This document shows, one piece after another, positions 28,738-38,208 of a stretch of DNA of 63,523 bases. The position numbers and the translations under genes were made by a program. Each line of letters opens with the position of its first letter. Position 1 is the first letter of the stretch. The notes below the pieces were generated by a model. The model saw only the letters and a list, made by a program, of their open reading frames with translations, was not told the DNA's origin and searched no databases. The stretch is from an uncultured Hyphomicrobium sp. (GTDB taxonomy: Bacteria; Pseudomonadota; Alphaproteobacteria; Rhizobiales; Hyphomicrobiaceae). The stretch lies in contig CAZURR010000001.1 of assembly GCA_964622715.1 (NCBI GenBank), positions 31,495 to 95,017 of the forward strand, given 5' to 3'.

Positions 28738-30129
28738 TCAGTTCAACGCAATCAATTTGGCATCGTCGGTCAGGACATACATCCTCCCCTGCGCGACCAC
28801 TGGCGCAATGTAGACGGGATCGCCGAGTTCTTTCTGCACGACGATGCGCCCAGTCGTCGCCTCGACGCCGACGAGCTTGCCTCCTGCCGAAGCAAGCCAA
28901 AGCATTCCGCCGGCCAAGGTCGGCCCAGACCATGATCCGCCGTCAGGCAGCTTCATCGTCCACTGAACCTTTCCGTCCATGCGCGAGATGGCCATCAGCT
29001 GTCCAACTGTGTCGACGACGAATACGCTGTCACCGGCCACCCATGGCGCTTGCGTGCCCGGGACATTGAGCGACCACAGCCGCTCGCCCGTCGCACCCTT
29101 TGTGGCAACCATGCGCCCCGCATGACCGACGGCATATACGGTACCTTGAGATATTGCCGGGCGCGCCGTGTCACTCATAGCAGTAATCTGTGACGTCGTG
29201 CGCGTGCGCGTCAGGCTCTCCGACCAGACCGCTGACCCATCCGCGACCTTCAACGCTACGAGTTCACCGGAAGGATAAGGTACAACCACAATCTCGCCTT
29301 CAACGGCGGGGCTTGCATTGGTCAGCAAGCTTGCCTGCTGCGGCAGCCCGCGTGACGACCATAGTTCGCCGCCATCGGCACCTGCGAGACAATAGAACCG
29401 GCCGTCCAGCGTCACGACAAACACACGATCGCCGGCCGCAGTCGGCGAGGAACGCATGGGCGCGCCCAACAACTTCTCCCAAAGCTTCTTGCCCGTTTGA
29501 GGATCGATCGCGACGACATTTCCGTAACCGGTCGCTGCATAGAGGCGTCCGGAATCAGCTGCAAGGCCGCCACCGTAACCGCCGCCATCGCTGGCAACAA
29601 GACCGGTCAGCGACATGGACCATATGCTGGTCTGAGCATTTTCTCTTTCGGGCTTCAGCGAGACGCGCCACTTGGCCGAGCCCCCTGTTACGGCAAACGC
29701 GCTCAAGTTGCCCGCCGCATCGAGCGTGTAAATGTAGCCGCCATAGACGATGGGGCTTGCCGTGATGCGGCCCGAACTGCTTGAGCCTTCGCCAATGTCA
29801 GCCGACCAAACCTCTTTGGCCGCGCCATTGAAAGCGAGATGACCTGGCGCATTGTTCGGCTCGCCGCCAGGCTGGGCCCAATCGTCGTTGGCGCGCTGCG
29901 GCGGTAGCGCGATCGGCCTGCTCGCGTCGGCGAGGTCGCCTGGCGCGCTATTGCTTTGCGGCGGCATCACCGAAATGCGCCGGCCGGGCAGAGGCACCTG
30001 CTTTTCGGCAAAGGGATTGAGGTCGCCGAATTTGGGGAGGCTATCAAGGGTATCAGAACAGCCAGAGAGGAGTGCGAGCCCGAGAAGCCCCACAGCTGCC
30101 GTACCAGCCGGCCGAATCCACCCCGTCAT
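28738..30129 (-). CDS. bamB: PQQ-like beta-propeller lipoprotein (BamB-like)
   Basis: LSGC lipobox; repeated A.D..TG..LW blades; yfgM-bamB-der synteny. Confidence 0.8.
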   Translation of the reverse strand: MTGWIRPAGTAAVGLLGLALLSGCSDTLDSLPKFGDLNPFAEKQVPLPGRRISVMPPQSNSAPGDLADASRPIALPPQRANDDWAQPGGEPNNAPGHLAFNGAAKEVWSADIGEGSSSSGRITASPIVYGGYIYTLDAAGNLSAFAVTGGSAKWRVSLKPERENAQTSIWSMSLTGLVASDGGGYGGGLAADSGRLYAATGYGNVVAIDPQTGKKLWEKLLGAPMRSSPTAAGDRVFVVTLDGRFYCLAGADGGELWSSRGLPQQASLLTNASPAVEGEIVVVPYPSGELVALKVADGSAVWSESLTRTRTTSQITAMSDTARPAISQGTVYAVGHAGRMVATKGATGERLWSLNVPGTQAPWVAGDSVFVVDTVGQLMAISRMDGKVQWTMKLPDGGSWSGPTLAGGMLWLASAGGKLVGVEATTGRIVVQKELGDPVYIAPVVAQGRMYVLTDDAKLIALN

Positions 30130-30139
30130 TCGTCCCACC

Positions 30140-30913
30140 CTATTCCTTCTTCTCACTTGCCGCGGCAGCCTCGCCACTCGGCGCGCTTGTCGTGCTTGCG
30201 TCTATTGCCGCCTTTGGCGTCTCTGACCCACTGACTGTCGCCTGTTTTTCAAGGTCCGTAGCAACGATTTGTCCCATTACGATCTGCGCGCGATCAATAA
30301 CGCCCTGAGGCGTCTTTTCGTCGGCGAGCAGCGGTCCGAGGATCTTGCGCGCCTCGTCAGTCTTGCCCGCCTTAAATGCCGCCAGCCCTAAAAGCTCACG
30401 CGCGTTGTAGCGCCATGGGCTGCCATCAGCAGCTAGATCGTTGAGCCGATTCTGTATCTCCGTCCAGTCAGCTTCGCCAAGCCGTAAGGATGCCGCCTGC
30501 AACGCGGCCAAGCCACTCAAAAGCTTATCGGCGCTGCTATCCTTGGCGAGCGCTTCGTAAGCCGCCAGTGCTTCAGCTTTTTTTCCCTGCTCGTTGAGCA
30601 GACCTGCGAGTTGCATCTGCGCCAGAGCCCTGTATCCGCTCTGACCGTCCTGACCCAGCGTTTCCAAGGCCTTGGCCGCTTCGTCCGTCTTGCCGTCTGA
30701 TTTCAATGTCAGGGCGGCCGCGTATTGGGCACCGGCGGCTTCAGCCGCCTCAAGCCGCACCTTTTCCAGATATTTGTAACCAAGGACGATGATCACAATC
30801 AGCGCGGCGGCCCCAATGACGTAGTTGCCATACTGCTTCCACAGCTTCTCCATCCGCTCTCGGCGCAGCTCATCTTCGACCTCGCGGAGAAGGTTGTCGT
30901 TGTTGTCGACCAT
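30140..30913 (-). CDS. TPR membrane protein (YfgM-like)
   Basis: REVEDELRRERMEKLWKQYG + TM + TPR-like helices. Confidence 0.85.
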   Translation of the reverse strand: MVDNNDNLLREVEDELRRERMEKLWKQYGNYVIGAAALIVIIVLGYKYLEKVRLEAAEAAGAQYAAALTLKSDGKTDEAAKALETLGQDGQSGYRALAQMQLAGLLNEQGKKAEALAAYEALAKDSSADKLLSGLAALQAASLRLGEADWTEIQNRLNDLAADGSPWRYNARELLGLAAFKAGKTDEARKILGPLLADEKTPQGVIDRAQIVMGQIVATDLEKQATVSGSETPKAAIDASTTSAPSGEAAAASEKKE

Positions 30914-31071
30914 CCTGGACCCAGCCCTTCAGCTTTTTGCGTTATATTCATGCACACAAAGGCCCTTTTGGGGGCCTTGTGCAACGGCGCATAGATAGCC
31001 GAGAGCTTCCTTGACGCAAACCATTGATCGGCCGTGCCTATCAAGGTTCGCCCGCGCTCGTCCCGCGATGC

Positions 31072-31965
31072 CTAGCTGCTCGGCGTTTTCGGCTTTTTCG
31101 TGGCCTTGAGGTCAGCCGGCTTCGTGCGCCCGGCTGAGGGGCCAGAACCGGCCTTCATGGAATACGTGTGCTCGAGGGCCGGAAATGTCCGAGCACGAAC
31201 CTCCTCAGAGTACGTGCGGATTGCCCCCTCGATCGCCTCGCCGATGCGGCCAAACTTTTTGACGAATCGCGGCACGCGCGGACTGAGACCCAGCATGTCC
31301 TCCATCACGAGGATTTGGCCGTCGCAAGCGGGTGAAGCGCCGATCCCAATGGTGGGAATATCAATAGCTGCGGTGATCCGTGTGGCAAGCGGCTCGGTCA
31401 ACGCTTCCAGTACGATCGCGAAAGCGCCAGAGTCGGCGACATGCCTGGCATCCTCCTCGATCGCTGCCCACTGTTCGGGATGCCGCCCTTGCGCCTTGAA
31501 GCCGCCGATCACGTTCACCGACTGCGGCGTCAGGCCGATATGGGACATGACCGGAATTCCACGCTCGACGAGGTAGCGAATCGTCTCCGCCATACGTCGG
31601 CCGCCCTCGATTTTCACGGCTCCACAATCGGTTTCCTTCATGACGCGCGCACAATTGCGAAAGGCCACCGACGGGCTCTCCTCATATGAGCCGAATGGCA
31701 TGTCGACCACGATGAGCGCGCGTTTGGCACCGCGCACCACGGCGCGGCCGTGCATGATCATCAGCTCCAGCGGAACAGGCACGGTCGTCTCGTAACCGTG
31801 CATCACCATGCCGAGGCTGTCGCCCACAAGTAGGAAGTCGCAATACTTGTCAGCAATTGCAGCAGTATGTGCGTGATAGGCCGTCAGCGCTACGATCCCA
31901 CCGCGACCCTTTAGGGCGGTGATGTCGGGCGCCATGACGCGTTTCTGGGTGCCGTGTACGGACAT
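31072..31965 (-). CDS. panB: 3-methyl-2-oxobutanoate hydroxymethyltransferase
   Basis: [46 protein letters not shown]. Confidence 0.96.
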   Translation of the reverse strand: MSVHGTQKRVMAPDITALKGRGGIVALTAYHAHTAAIADKYCDFLLVGDSLGMVMHGYETTVPVPLELMIMHGRAVVRGAKRALIVVDMPFGSYEESPSVAFRNCARVMKETDCGAVKIEGGRRMAETIRYLVERGIPVMSHIGLTPQSVNVIGGFKAQGRHPEQWAAIEEDARHVADSGAFAIVLEALTEPLATRITAAIDIPTIGIGASPACDGQILVMEDMLGLSPRVPRFVKKFGRIGEAIEGAIRTYSEEVRARTFPALEHTYSMKAGSGPSAGRTKPADLKATKKPKTPSS

Positions 31966-32142
31966 GCGTGTACTTATACTCGAATATGATGATCCTGTCC
32001 GGGCGCACCTTAGTTAGCAACAATAAGAATGGCTAGGCCGCCACCGGGCGCCGGGCGCGAATGCTGCGCCTGGCGCGGTGTTTGCCCCGCGCTACGGCAA
32101 CGTATTTTGTTCAATTAATGAGAGGTTTAGCATTTGCCTACA

Positions 32143-32724
32143 TCACGAGAGGGGTGAAACCCCTATCAGATACTGATGACCCCAGAAAAGGAACACGAAA
32201 TAAAGCGCAATTCCGCCGACAATGACGAAAACGTCGTTGATTGCAGGCCCAGTCTTGGTCCCCAGCGGTCCAAGGGCCGCCCGCTTCTTCACCGAGATGC
32301 GGTCATAGACGGCGTAGGCGAGAAAACTTCCAAACAAAATGAGCGATGCCAGATCCCCGTTGGCTAGAAGATGCGCTAACGCCCACAGCTTGATGGCGAT
32401 CAGCATTGGGTGCCGCAGCATCGTATGTATGCGTGAAGGCACGTAGGCCGCAACGAGTGCGATCATAGCCGGCAGCATGAGTGCAGCGGCGAGATGCCGG
32501 CACCATGTTGGCGGATACCAAAGCTGAGGATTCTTTCCTGGGTGCAGCTGAAGCTTGTGAAAGCCCAGAACGATAATCACAAAACCGATGAGAGCCACAA
32601 TCGCGAAGAACGCTTTGTAACCGTTCTCACCGAATCTAGCGACGAGACCATTTCGCAGCTCGACGTTGGTCGGCACAAGATGGATCGCAAAGAACACGAC
32701 CAAACCGATCACCAAAAGAATCAT
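32143..32724 (-). CDS. nnrU: NnrU family membrane protein
   Basis: RHPML.AIKLWALAHLLANGD. Confidence 0.88.
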   Translation of the reverse strand: MILLVIGLVVFFAIHLVPTNVELRNGLVARFGENGYKAFFAIVALIGFVIIVLGFHKLQLHPGKNPQLWYPPTWCRHLAAALMLPAMIALVAAYVPSRIHTMLRHPMLIAIKLWALAHLLANGDLASLILFGSFLAYAVYDRISVKKRAALGPLGTKTGPAINDVFVIVGGIALYFVFLFWGHQYLIGVSPLS

Positions 32725-32987
32725 CGCATACCCTCCCAATCAAAATGCTCTAGCCGCGAACATCTCTGCCACGCTCTGGCCATTTCACTAAGCTTTATTA
32801 GATTCGTGGTGCCAAGGTCGCCAGCCTGTTTGGTGTCTGGATAAAATAGGATAAGCGGCCTCGCACGAGGAGAACCTGTAACATGCGTGCTCTTGCCGTC
32901 CGTGTTCGTGATCCATCAGTTGCATTGCCTACCGCTTTTACTGCCCCATCCCTGGGTCAAGATCGGCCTCTCCGCAGTCCAAGTTGA

Positions 32988-33527
32988 GTGCCCTTGTATT
33001 GCGAAGCGTCAGCATGCGCGTTGCCGGAGTCTATGGCGAGTGGCGTTGTCCAACCGCATCCCGCAACGAGCCGGAATTTCAATCCAATGGCACCGCAAGC
33101 CGAGGCGAACTTATACGAACCGACAAAGTCCGAAACAGATTTGGCCGCCGAAATAGCGCGAGCCATACATCGGCGCCCCTTGATGAACCGTTTGGCACAA
33201 GTGAAGCCCGCTTATGCCGGCGAGCTGCATCAAAACGGATCGACAATCCTGGGCGATTCCGGCTCGGCCCCCGCCCTTTCGCCAACCACTAGGCCATCGC
33301 AACCTGTTTTCGCCGCCTCGTCACCAGTTCAAGCCGCCTACAGCATGCCGATCGAGGGGCTCCAACCTCAACAGGAACGAACGTCGCCGCCTCAAACAGC
33401 CGATTGGCTCGGCAAAGCGCAGCGTGAGCGCAATCGGGCGCGCATCAAGAATGCGTTGGCGTGGCTATCCACGGTGGCCATCGGCGTCACGATCATCGTC
33501 ACGACCATGATGGTGCTACAGACCTAA
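32988..33527 (+). CDS. Hypothetical protein with a C-terminal TM anchor
   Basis: Pro/Gln-rich body, WLGKAQRERNRARIKNALAW + hydrophobic tail; start uncertain. Confidence 0.6.
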   Translation: MPLYCEASACALPESMASGVVQPHPATSRNFNPMAPQAEANLYEPTKSETDLAAEIARAIHRRPLMNRLAQVKPAYAGELHQNGSTILGDSGSAPALSPTTRPSQPVFAASSPVQAAYSMPIEGLQPQQERTSPPQTADWLGKAQRERNRARIKNALAWLSTVAIGVTIIVTTMMVLQT

Positions 33528-34360
33528 AGCGCCAGATTCGGGCTGCGCAACTGGTAAAGTACCAGCCCCGCGGCCACCGCCAGATTGAGCGAGTCGAGCT
33601 GGCCTGCCATGGGGATCTTGACCAGCTTCGTGCAGGCTTTTGATAACTCTTGTGACAGTCCAGGTCCTTCGCTCCCCATCACCAACAGCACCGGCCTGCG
33701 TGGCTGCACCTTACGAAAGTCTTGCCGGCCTTCGAGATGCGTTCCGATGACCTCGCCCTTCCAACCAGCGCGCCAGCTCATGAACGCCTCGCGCGTCATC
33801 TTCACGAGCGGTACGGCGAACACCGATCCCATCGTCGCACGCACGCTTTCGCGCGCGTAAGGATCACAGCAGTTACCGATAAGGATTACACCGGACGCGC
33901 CAACCGCATCGACAGTTCGAACAATCGTGCCGAGGTTGCCGGGATCGCGCACCTCTTCCAATGCAAGCCAAAGAGCTGCGGCAGGCGTCTTCGCCACATC
34001 CGGCGTCTTGCCCCAGCGCTGGCGGAATACGGCCAGCACATTCTGCGGATTATCCTTCGATGCGAGCTTTCCGAGCACCGCCTCATTCACTTCGAGGCAT
34101 TGAGCACCTTCGCGCAATGCCCAATCGAGGAGACCGCGCGTCACCCCGCTTCGCGCCGTTCCCGCTTGATAGACCAGCGTCTCAGGAACGAAGCCGTGCT
34201 CGCGCGCGGTGATGAGGATCGACGCTCCTTCCGCAACAAACAGACCCGTCTGCTTGCGCACCTTGCGCATCTCCAGCGCGCGAATTGCCTTCACCTGCTC
34301 GTTCTGCAGGCTGGTGATCGGCCTCGGTGCCGATGCCGGTTCACGTGCGCGCTGCGTCAT
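33524..34360 (-). CDS. TrmH/SpoU family RNA methyltransferase
   Basis: ITSLQN, F.AEG, RDPGNLGTI.RT, MGSEGPGL, IPM.G.LDSLNLAVA. Confidence 0.93.
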   Translation of the reverse strand: MTQRAREPASAPRPITSLQNEQVKAIRALEMRKVRKQTGLFVAEGASILITAREHGFVPETLVYQAGTARSGVTRGLLDWALREGAQCLEVNEAVLGKLASKDNPQNVLAVFRQRWGKTPDVAKTPAAALWLALEEVRDPGNLGTIVRTVDAVGASGVILIGNCCDPYARESVRATMGSVFAVPLVKMTREAFMSWRAGWKGEVIGTHLEGRQDFRKVQPRRPVLLVMGSEGPGLSQELSKACTKLVKIPMAGQLDSLNLAVAAGLVLYQLRSPNLAL

Positions 34361-35252
34361 CGCACATCCACCTAGTGTAAAGCGATGTCGGTACCGCCCG
34401 CTCACCTTTTTGCTCGTGGATAGCAAGCTCGCCCGACTCGAAGCTCCCGCCTTGCTTTGCCAACACCTCGCGCGAGAGCTGATCGAAGGCCAGTGATGAA
34501 GCACGAATAGCATAGACCGTCAGCACCAACGCCGCCCGTGCGGGCGCCAGCAACTTTGCGCAATCCTTCATCAAGGGCGCCAGGCTGGTGAACAGATCCC
34601 ACACCTCGCCGTCGGGTCCGCGCCCAAATTTCGGAGGATCGACCAAGATAAGGTCGTACGACTTACCCCGGCGCACCTCGCGGGCCACGAATTTCTGAGC
34701 GTCATCGAGAATCCAGCGGACGGGTGCTTGCTCCAGCTTCGAAGCGGCTTGGTTCTCCTTGGCCCACGCGATCGCCTTCTTGGAGGCATCCACGTGCGTG
34801 ACATGCGCGCCCGCTGCGGCCGCCAGCAGCGAGGCTGCTCCCGTATAGGCAAACAGGTTTAAGACGCGCGCGGGCCCTTCGCCTCTCTCAGCCAGGCGCG
34901 CCAGCATCCACTCCCAATGAGGAAGTTGCTCGGGGAATAACCCCATGTGCCGAAAGCCTGACAGTCTGCACAGCATCGTCACGCCTCGAACTTTGACGGG
35001 CCAGCACTCCGGCACCGGCTTGTCGATGCGCCAGCGTCCCTTATCCTCATCGTCCTCGCCTGAGAACACCGCGTGCGCCGTTTCCCATTTCGCCTTCGCC
35101 AGATGCGGCGGCCACAGAGCCTGTGGCTCGGGCCGGTCGACGATGATCTCGCCGAAACGCTCCAGCTTGCGCCCGGCTCCGCTGTCGAGAAGCGCGTAAT
35201 CCGCAAAGCCGGCGGTTTCGATCAGGTTTAGACGGTTTGGCGGTGGGCGCAT
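34341..35252 (-). CDS. Class I SAM-dependent methyltransferase (RlmI/YwbD-like)
   Basis: DY.LLDSG.G.KLERFG, FRHMGLFPEQ, VLNLFAYTG, DPPKFGRG. Confidence 0.9.
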   Translation of the reverse strand: MRPPPNRLNLIETAGFADYALLDSGAGRKLERFGEIIVDRPEPQALWPPHLAKAKWETAHAVFSGEDDEDKGRWRIDKPVPECWPVKVRGVTMLCRLSGFRHMGLFPEQLPHWEWMLARLAERGEGPARVLNLFAYTGAASLLAAAAGAHVTHVDASKKAIAWAKENQAASKLEQAPVRWILDDAQKFVAREVRRGKSYDLILVDPPKFGRGPDGEVWDLFTSLAPLMKDCAKLLAPARAALVLTVYAIRASSLAFDQLSREVLAKQGGSFESGELAIHEQKGERAVPTSLYTRWMCDDAART

Positions 35253-35472
35253 CGATGGTCCAGTTGCTAGGAAAATCGGCTTCTACCACCTTCGCCCCCG
35301 CCAGCCACGCCCCCACTCGACGCTGGTGCGATAAATTGATAGCTCCAGGAGGCAAAAGAGAGGACGAGACGGCGGCTGACCACATTGCACCAATGTCTAA
35401 TCGCGCGCCCTATCGTCTTTGTGCGTTCTCTCACTGGCCACATCGTTTTTAACGCACGATAGGAGGAGACCC

Positions 35473-36012
35473 CTGCGCCCCGATGCCATCGCCATCGGGA
35501 ACAATCCGCCCCTCGACTTCAATGTGATCATCGAGGTTCCCGTCGGAGGGGAGCCTATCAAGTATGAGTTGGACAAGGCCTCGGGCACGCTTGTCGTGGA
35601 TCGGTTCCTCTACACGCCCATGCGATACCCAGGAAACTACGGCTTCGTGCCGCACACACTGTCGGCTGACGGCGATCCCATCGACGTTCTCGTCTGCAAC
35701 ACGCGCGCCCTTGTACCTGGTGCCGTCATCAATTGCCGTCCCGTTGGTGTGCTCGTTATGGAGGACGAGGGAGGCGGTGATGAGAAAATCGTCGCGGTGC
35801 CCAGCAGCAAACTGACAATGCGCTACGATAAAGTTGCCAACTACTCCGATCTTCCCGAAATCTCGGTGACTCAGATCGAGCACTTCTTCGCACACTACAA
35901 AGCTCTGGAACCTGGCAAGTGGGCCACAATAGAGCATTGGGGCGATGGGGCGGAAGCTCGAAAGTTCATCGAGCAAGCAATTGCCCGCTCCAGCACGCAG
36001 GCGCCCAAGTGA
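35473..36012 (+). CDS. ppa: Inorganic pyrophosphatase (family I)
   Basis: [44 protein letters not shown]; AGGAGGA precedes CTG at 35473. Confidence 0.95.
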   Translation: MRPDAIAIGNNPPLDFNVIIEVPVGGEPIKYELDKASGTLVVDRFLYTPMRYPGNYGFVPHTLSADGDPIDVLVCNTRALVPGAVINCRPVGVLVMEDEGGGDEKIVAVPSSKLTMRYDKVANYSDLPEISVTQIEHFFAHYKALEPGKWATIEHWGDGAEARKFIEQAIARSSTQAPK

Positions 36013-36193
36013 TCGATTGAAGTTCCCCGCCCCGTGCCTGCAATCGCAACCGAAATCCGGATCGGCGCTGACGCGGGAATGCATCTAAAGCGACTTGCCC
36101 CCAGCTCTCACTGGCTTTACGCCGATTAGTATCGAACACATGCGCCGGGCCGGTCATGACGGGCGGCGTCCTCGTGCAGATGTGGAGATCGCG

Positions 36194-36916
36194 ATGTCGA
36201 GTGTGGAGTTGCCGCCAGAACCGTTGGGTCGTTCGCTTCGTGCGACGGTGCCATTGTCATTCGTGGCAGGCTTCGTCGATCTTGTCGGATTCGTCGCCTT
36301 ATACGGGCTATTTGCTTCTCACATCACCGGCAACTTCACGGTGATCGGTTCAGACATCGTGCACGGCTCCTCAGGTTTCATTGCAAAGCTGATGGCGTTG
36401 CCCATGTTTGTCGTCTTCGTTGTGATCACACGCTTTATCGTGTTGGAATATGAGAAACAGAATCGTTCCCCTCTTCGAGCCCTCCTCGTGTTGCAAGGCG
36501 TGTTGCTTGCAAGCTGCATGTTTGTTGGTCAATCGGTGTCGCCGGTGACAGACCCCGACAAGGCTGGCCCAATCCTCGCCGGTCTCCTTGGTGTTTCCGC
36601 GATGGCGATACAGAACGGCTATGGACGTCTCGTTTTAGTCGGTCACCCCACCACCACGATCATGACGGTCAACTTAACGCAGGCCGTGATCGACTTCATC
36701 GACATGTACCGTGGCATCCCTGGCGTGAGCGAGCAGGCCAGGCGGCGCTTCGAACGCATCGCACCGACCGTTCTCGCGTTTATTGTTGGCACCCTCGCCG
36801 GGGCTTACGGCTACATATTGCTAACCTTCTGGAGCTTAGCGATCCCCCTCTTAGCACTACTGGCTGTCGAGTGTTTTGTTTTGACGCACAGTGGCGACTC
36901 CAGCAGCCACTCGTGA
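36194..36916 (+). CDS. YoaK / DUF1275 family membrane protein
   Basis: LSFVAGFVD, F.SHITGN, AMAIQNG, TT.MT.N. Confidence 0.85.
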   Translation: MSSVELPPEPLGRSLRATVPLSFVAGFVDLVGFVALYGLFASHITGNFTVIGSDIVHGSSGFIAKLMALPMFVVFVVITRFIVLEYEKQNRSPLRALLVLQGVLLASCMFVGQSVSPVTDPDKAGPILAGLLGVSAMAIQNGYGRLVLVGHPTTTIMTVNLTQAVIDFIDMYRGIPGVSEQARRRFERIAPTVLAFIVGTLAGAYGYILLTFWSLAIPLLALLAVECFVLTHSGDSSSHS

Positions 36917-36949
36917 TCGGCGCCACATCTTGATGATCTCGCCGCCGGC

Positions 36950-38081
36950 CTAGTCGAGATCCTCGACGTGTACAGGACCGCCGCCCTCGATGCGCTGCGC
37001 CAACGCGCTCTCGATGAAAGGATCGATTGCGCCATCGAGTACGGCTGTGGGGTTAGAGCTTTGGGTGCCCGTCCGCAGGTCCTTCACCAGCTGGTAGGGC
37101 TGCAGCACGTAGGAGCGGATCTGGTGACCCCAGCCGATCTCGGTCTTGCTCGCGGCCTCGGCAGTCGCCTTTTCCTCTCGCTTCTTGAGCTCCAGCTCAT
37201 AGAGCCGAGATTTCAACATCCCCCACGCAATTGAACGATTCTTGATCTGCGAGCGCTCTTGCTGACTCGCGACAGCAATGCCAGTCGGCAAGTGCGTAAT
37301 ACGCACCGCAGAGTCGGTCGTATTGACGTGCTGTCCACCTGCGCCAGAGGAACGGTACGTGTCGATCCGGCATTCCCCCTCGTTTATTTCGATATCGATG
37401 TCGTCATCGACCACCGGGAAGACCCACACCGAGGCAAAGCTCGTATGGCGGCGCGCATTGCTGTCATATGGCGAGATACGTACCAGCCGGTGCACGCCCG
37501 ACTCCGTCTTAAGCCACCCGTAGGCATCTTCTCCCTTGATCTCGATGGTCACCGACTTCAATCCCGCTTCTTCGCCAGGACTTTGCTCGATCACCTTCAC
37601 TTTGTAACCGCGATCCTCCGCCCAGCGCATATACATGCGCGCCAGCATTGAGGCCCAGTCCTGACTCTCGGTGCCGCCGGCGCCGGCGTGAACCTCCAGG
37701 TAGGTGTCGTTGGCGTCGGCCTCTCCAGACAAAAGCGCTTCGACGCTGCGCCGCTGCGCCTCCTCGTCGAGCTTGCGTAACTGCGCCTCGCCTTCGGCGA
37801 TCGTGGCATCGTCGTCTTCAGCATCGCCCAGTTCGATCAGCGTGATGCTATCGTCCAGATCGCGCTCCAGCCTGCTGTAGGCCTCCACCGAACGCTCCAG
37901 CTGCTGGCGCTGACGCATAACTTTTTGTGCGCTCCTTGGATCATTCCAAAGGTTGGGGTCCTCAACCTGCTTGTTGAATTCTGCCAACCTAACCTCAGCC
38001 GTATCCCAGTCAAAGATGCCTCCTTAAGAGCACCAGGGCCTCCCTGATGGAATCGACGAGTTTTTGCAGTTCGGCGCGCAT
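36950..38081 (-). CDS. prfB: Peptide chain release factor 2 with programmed +1 frameshift
   Basis: First frame MRAELQKL...RRHL ends in AGG AGG CAT CTT TGA C (about 38024-38009); second frame DWDTAE... carries GGTESQDW, SPY, GAGGQ. Confidence 0.96.
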
Positions 38082-38208
38082 GGCAGCCTCCGGAAACGAA
38101 TGCGATGTGATGGATTCAGATGCAGTGATATAATCATCGGAACCCCGCGTGTAAACGCGGGCAGTCAATGTGCTGGTAAAGTCACCTTTGGCCGCGCTCG
38201 GTGCACCT

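Noticed and set aside
32115-32129. TTAA-N7-TTTA CtrA-like site (also TTAA-N7-TTGG near 42258)
   Set aside because: Mismatched, and expected by chance in AT-rich intergenic DNA
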